64,000 bases of DNA from Mobula hypostoma (Eukaryota), in NCBI RefSeq assembly GCF_963921235.1, contig NC_086097.1, forward strand, positions 66,342,001 to 66,406,000, read 5' to 3'. The stretch's first letter is position 1; each line of letters opens with the position of its first letter. The translations under genes were made by a program, and so were the position numbers. Positions 59,505 to 64,000 of this stretch are shown here, piece by piece. Below the pieces are notes generated by a model. The model did not search any database. It saw only the letters and a program-made list of their open reading frames with translations, and had not been told where the DNA came from.

Positions 59505-61112
59505 CGGTGGCATGCACAAGTTTGGGCACCCCTGGTGTTACTGTGAATAGCTAAACGAGTAAAAGATGACCTGATTTCCAAAAGGCATAAAGTTAAAGAC
59601 GACACATTTCTTTACTATTTTAAGCAAGATTACTTTTTTATTTCCATCTTTTACAGTTTCAAAATAACAAAAAAGGAGAAGGGTATGAAGCAAAAGTTTG
59701 GGCACCCTGCATGGTCAGTACTTAGTAACACCCCCTTTGGCAAGTATCACAGCTTGTAAACACTTTCTGTAGCCAGCTAAGAGTCTTTCAATTCTTGTTT
59801 GTGGGATTTTCGCCCATTCTTCCTTGCAAAAGGCTTCTTGTTCTGTGAGATTCTTGGCTGTCTTGCATGCACTGCTCTTTTGAGGTCTATCCACAGATTC
59901 TCGATGATGTTTAGGTCGGGGGACTGTGAGGGCCATGGCAAAACCTTCAGCTTGCACCTCTTGAGGTAGTCCATTATGGATTTTGAGGTGTGTTTAGGAT
60001 CATTATCCTGTTGTAGAAGCTATCCTCTTTTCATCTTCAGCTTTTTTACAGACGGTCTGATGTTTGCTTCCAGAATTTGCTGATATTTAATTGAATTCGT
60101 TCTTCCCTCTACCAGTGAAATGTTCCCTGTGCCACTGGCTGCAACACAAGCCCAAAGCATGATTGATCCACCCCCGTGCTTAACAGTTGGAGAGGTGTTC
60201 TTTTCATGAAATTCTGCACCCTTTTTTCTCCAAACATACCTTTGCTCATTGTGGCCAAAAAGTTCTATTTTAATTTCATCAGTCCACAGGACTTGTTTCC
60301 AAAATGCATCAGGCTTGTTTAGATGTCCCTTTGCAAACCTCTGATGCTGAATTTTGTGCTGAAGACACAGGAAAGGTTTTCTTCTGATGACTCTTCCACA
60401 AAGGTCATATTTGTGCAGGTGTCGCTGCACAGTAGAACAGTCCACGACCACTCCAGAGTCTGCTAAATCTTCCTGAAGGTCTTTTGCAGTCAAGCAGGGG
60501 TTTTGATTTGCCTTTCTAGCAATCCTACGAGCAGTTCTCTCGGAAAGTTTTCTTCGTCTTCCAGACCTCAACTTGATCTCCACCGTTCCTGTTAACTGCC
60601 ATTCTTAATTACATTATGAACTGAGGAAATGGCTACCTGAAAACGCTTTCCTATCTTCTTATAGCCTTCTCCTGCTTTGTGGGCATCATTTATTTTAATT
60701 TTTAGAGTGCTAGGTAGCTGCTTAGAGGAGCCCATGGCTGCTGATTGTTGGGACAAGGTTTGAGGAATCAGGGTATTTATAAAGCTTTGAAATTTGCATC
60801 ACCTAGCCTTTCCTAATGATGACTGTGAACAAGCCATAGCCACAAGCTAATTAAGGTCTAAGACCTTGGTAAAAGTTATCTGAGAGCTCAAATCTCTTGG
60901 GGTGCCCAAACTTTTGCATGGTGCTCCTTTCCTTTTCTCCCACTCTAAAATTGTACAAAACAAAAATAATACACTAATCTTGCTTAAAATGTTGAAAAGA
61001 ATGTTTCATCTTTAATTTCATGACTTTTGGAGATCAGTTCATCTTCTACTCACTTATCTATTCACAGTAACAGAAATTTTGACCGGGGTGCCCAAACTTT
61101 TGTATGCCACTG
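59505..61112 (-). mobile_element. Full-length Tc1 transposon (IR/DR type)
   Basis: TA flanks; TIRs of about 200 bp with outer and inner aagtttgggcaccc repeats; 1608 bp. Confidence 0.96.
59715..60735 (-). pseudogene. Tc1 DD34E transposase pseudogene
   Basis: MGSSKQL...WTDEIKI...QQDNDPKH...[11 protein letters not shown]...GGVTKY*; 34 residues between second D and E; two 1-nt deletions and one TAG at 60020. Confidence 0.93.
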
Positions 61113-62941
61113 TATGTTGGTATCGGGCTACCAACCAAGTGAGTTGATTTGTCCTGTACTCAGTGCTGACTGATGAAGGCAAGAGTGCCAGACACATTCT
61201 TCACTGTCTACTCTACCTATGTTGCCACTTTTAGGAAACTATGTAACTCTACTCCTTGTTCTTCTGTTCTATAATACTTTCCCTACCATTTACTCAGTAC
61301 TGCCCTGGTTTAACTTATCAAAGTGCAACATCTAGCACTTGTTCAAGTTAAATTCCTTCTGATCTATTCAGAATCTGCTCAATGTGGTATGGTGGTTTTG
61401 CCACATGACATGATAGAGAATATTTTCAATCTGAAGATATAATTTCATCTCAAGGATTACAGTAGTCACTCCTATCAATAATCTCACAGAGAATTGCTTC
61501 TATGACAAATAGGCTGATGACCACAAAGTTACCTTTTCTCTCAAACTGGTATCTGGCACTGATAACTTGTAGGACTTGAAGAGATTACTAGTAGTTCCAA
61601 ACTACTGTTGCTGAGAAACATGGAAATTCCCCAACCTGAATATATTTAGTGACTGTGCTCTACCATCATGCTTCATCCAATTAGTGTTCAATATAATGTA
61701 GAACTCAATCAATGGGTGTCTTCTTGACAGTTTTTGAGGGCATGTAATGTCATAGGATCTCAAGTCAATATTGAGAATCTCTGAGTCAGAAATGAACCTT
61801 TCTGGCTTGACTGTAGCTGTATACCAAGATCAATATTTGTAAAGAAAATCTTGAAGGTGTTTCACCAAAGTATGAAGCACCAGCAAACCATGACAAGGCT
61901 GGTAAGAATAAATCTATGGGACAATGTGTGGGTAATGATGTGGTTTGTGGCAACCTGAACAAACTGTAATTTGTGAAGGATCAAATGTGAAAAGGGTAAT
62001 TCTTGAGCTAACAAATGATTATATTGTAGTATTAACAAATGATTGTTTTCCTACTAATCCACATGTCAGTAATAAAGCTTACTTGTGGTTCACTGGAAAA
62101 CAAGCAAACAAAAATGCTTGTGACAATTTTTGTTCTCTGGTTTTATTTCAGTATTCATGTCCTGTAAGAAGGCTATTTTAAAGAAGTATAAAATGCAGAA
62201 TATAAATTATGTACTTGTTTACAGGAGAAGCTGAATTTATTTCACCTGGATTCATATAATTTTTCAAAAAGAAACGTATCATTTGTCTTAAGTTGAGTAT
62301 TAGCAGATGCATGCAGGAGAACAATTATGTGCAAATACTAAAATCAATTAATGCCTTTTTATTGAGCTACTGGAGCAGCAGAGCTAGTTCAGAGGAATGT
62401 TCGTTGGGATCATGAAATTCTCCCCAATTAAAATAAGCTAATTATATACCCAGTTATTATTCATCACACATAATTTATTTACTTTTAAATTCCTGTTTAG
62501 CTATAATGCTACAGATCAGGAGATCTCGTATGTAGAGCGATATTGTATCAGAGGATATACCAAAGCTATGCCGCAACAAGGTGAACAATATTGAATTTCA
62601 AACTCTAGTCCCACAAAACCTTCAACTGCAGTTTTTCCAGGGCTAATTACTAAATTATCAACCTTCCTTCTTATTAGCAGTGCTTGACGCCTATAACTGT
62701 AATGTCTTCATAAGGGTGTAATTACAAAAAAAAAGGTGGCAGAGAAAGACAATATTTTGCATGCAACTCCCAAGGGGATCATCAGATATTCCTGTTTGGA
62801 ACTGTTACAGCTGAAATCTGTTGCCACAGATGAGCAGATGATTGGGCAGACTCAGGAATCCAGACCACCTAGATAACAAGTATAGCAGCTGTAAACTCAG
62901 GGGTGGTATCCAATGTCTCAGAAAATACTGCTACCAGGAAG

Positions 62942-63165
62942 GACCATAAGAACATAAGAGATAAGAACAGAATTAGACCATTTGGCCCAATGAGTCTGCT
63001 CTGCTATTTCATCATGACTGATCCATTTCCCTCTCAGCCCCAATCTCTTGTCTTTTCCCCATATTCCATCATGCCCTGACTAATGAAAAATCTTTCAACC
63101 TCTGCCTTAAATGAATCCAATAACTTGGCTTCCACAGCCACCTGTGGCAAGGAATTTCCACCACC
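62942..63165 (-). mobile_element. CR1 3' end fragment
   Basis: gaccataagaacataagag tail followed by reversed CR1 3' sequence (gaatttcca, acctctgccttaaat). Confidence 0.8.
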
Positions 63166-63249
63166 TTCAACAAAATTTGATCATCAAAGAAATTTTTTCA
63201 TCCTGCTGCATTACAGCATCCCAAAATGTCAATTCCCTCCTCAAGACTT

Positions 63250-63490
63250 TGGTTGGCTTTTCTAACCCTTTCCCATCCAAAACAGGAGATGCACCACTTA
63301 TCCTTTTATCTGGAGACATGACACACACTCCAGCCAAAGGGCTGCTTCATCAACTGCATGGACCAGATAGCAACATCAGGTAAAGGCAGAGGCAGTGATG
63401 TTCGCTTCATAATTAACTCACAGTAGCAGTTCATTCTCAGTCCTGCTCCACTGACCTGGAATATCTGACAGTCAACTGTCATCTATATTC
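63250..63490 (+). mobile_element. Decayed LINE endonuclease fragment (Rex1/L2-type)
   Basis: Degraded ETW / MD...SGKGRG / CSTDLEYLTVNC motifs. Confidence 0.45.
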
Positions 63491-64000
63491 AAGATAACTG
63501 TTGGGTTTGTGGCTCAGACTTAGTTTTTTCAGGTTTATAGGAATGTTTTTTGGGGACAGCGTGGAACGTTAAGATAGAGATAGGATTGAGGGGTATGAGA
63601 GATCAAGGGCATTAATGAAGAACCAGAAGTTAGAGCACTCCATGGTCAGAGGCCAGTGATCCCCAGGATGGAGGTCTGCGGACTGTAGGCCCCGAGAACA
63701 AGGATGGGTGATTCCTGAGGTCAGCGACTCCTGGAACCGGAGGCCTGAGGTTGGTTGGCCCTGAATTAAGATTTGCATGATTGGCAATTCCTAAGTCCTC
63801 AAGTCCGAAGGTCAAAGCCCAAAGATTGAGGACCCTATTCAGTGAGTCCAGAGGTCAGAAGCTAATGTCTGCGAGTCCACAGTCACAGTCTGGAATTAGG
63901 CTTGGAGGCAGCCTGTACTGGGATTGAAGCTTGGAGGTTAAAACCCCATTGTCGGTGAGTTCAAGGTCATATCCTGTGATTGACAAGTCAGGAGATCGAA

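Noticed and set aside
63670..64000. Loosely repetitive gagtcca / ggaggtc motifs as an array
   Set aside because: No fixed repeat unit or spacer length; probably a degenerate repeat cut by the window edge
1..64000. CRISPR arrays, operons, tRNA or rRNA genes
   Set aside because: None seen; the region is spliced vertebrate DNA, and the tRNA-like boxes belong to SINE heads

Overview
Eukaryotic (vertebrate) genomic DNA, most likely from a cartilaginous fish; this is inferred from the repeat complement (CR1/HER1-type LINEs, HE1/V-SINE-like SINEs, Penelope remnants). The only host gene I can support is a plus-strand TPR-protein gene resembling TTC6. Eleven internal coding exons (292..59117, 2202 nt, about 733 codons) join in one stop-free frame with consistent intron phases; start and stop lie outside the window, and one intron probably uses a GC donor. 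The introns are mostly decayed and nested transposons: many CR1 LINEs, Rex1/Babar LINEs, two truncated Gypsy elements (one with a PNMA-like gag), two Tc1 elements, a Buster-type hAT derivative, a Tigger-like derivative, SINEs and Penelope-like pieces. The most notable signal is a set of Penelope-derived minimal type I hammerhead ribozyme motifs on the sense strand of the pre-mRNA. One of them sits in the loop of a perfect 42-bp inverted repeat and is bounded by a 14-bp target-site duplication. Hammerheads in Penelope elements are a known phenomenon, so I do not claim a wholly new system. All family assignments come from motif recognition by eye; no database searches were run, and repeat boundaries without TSDs or TIRs are approximate.
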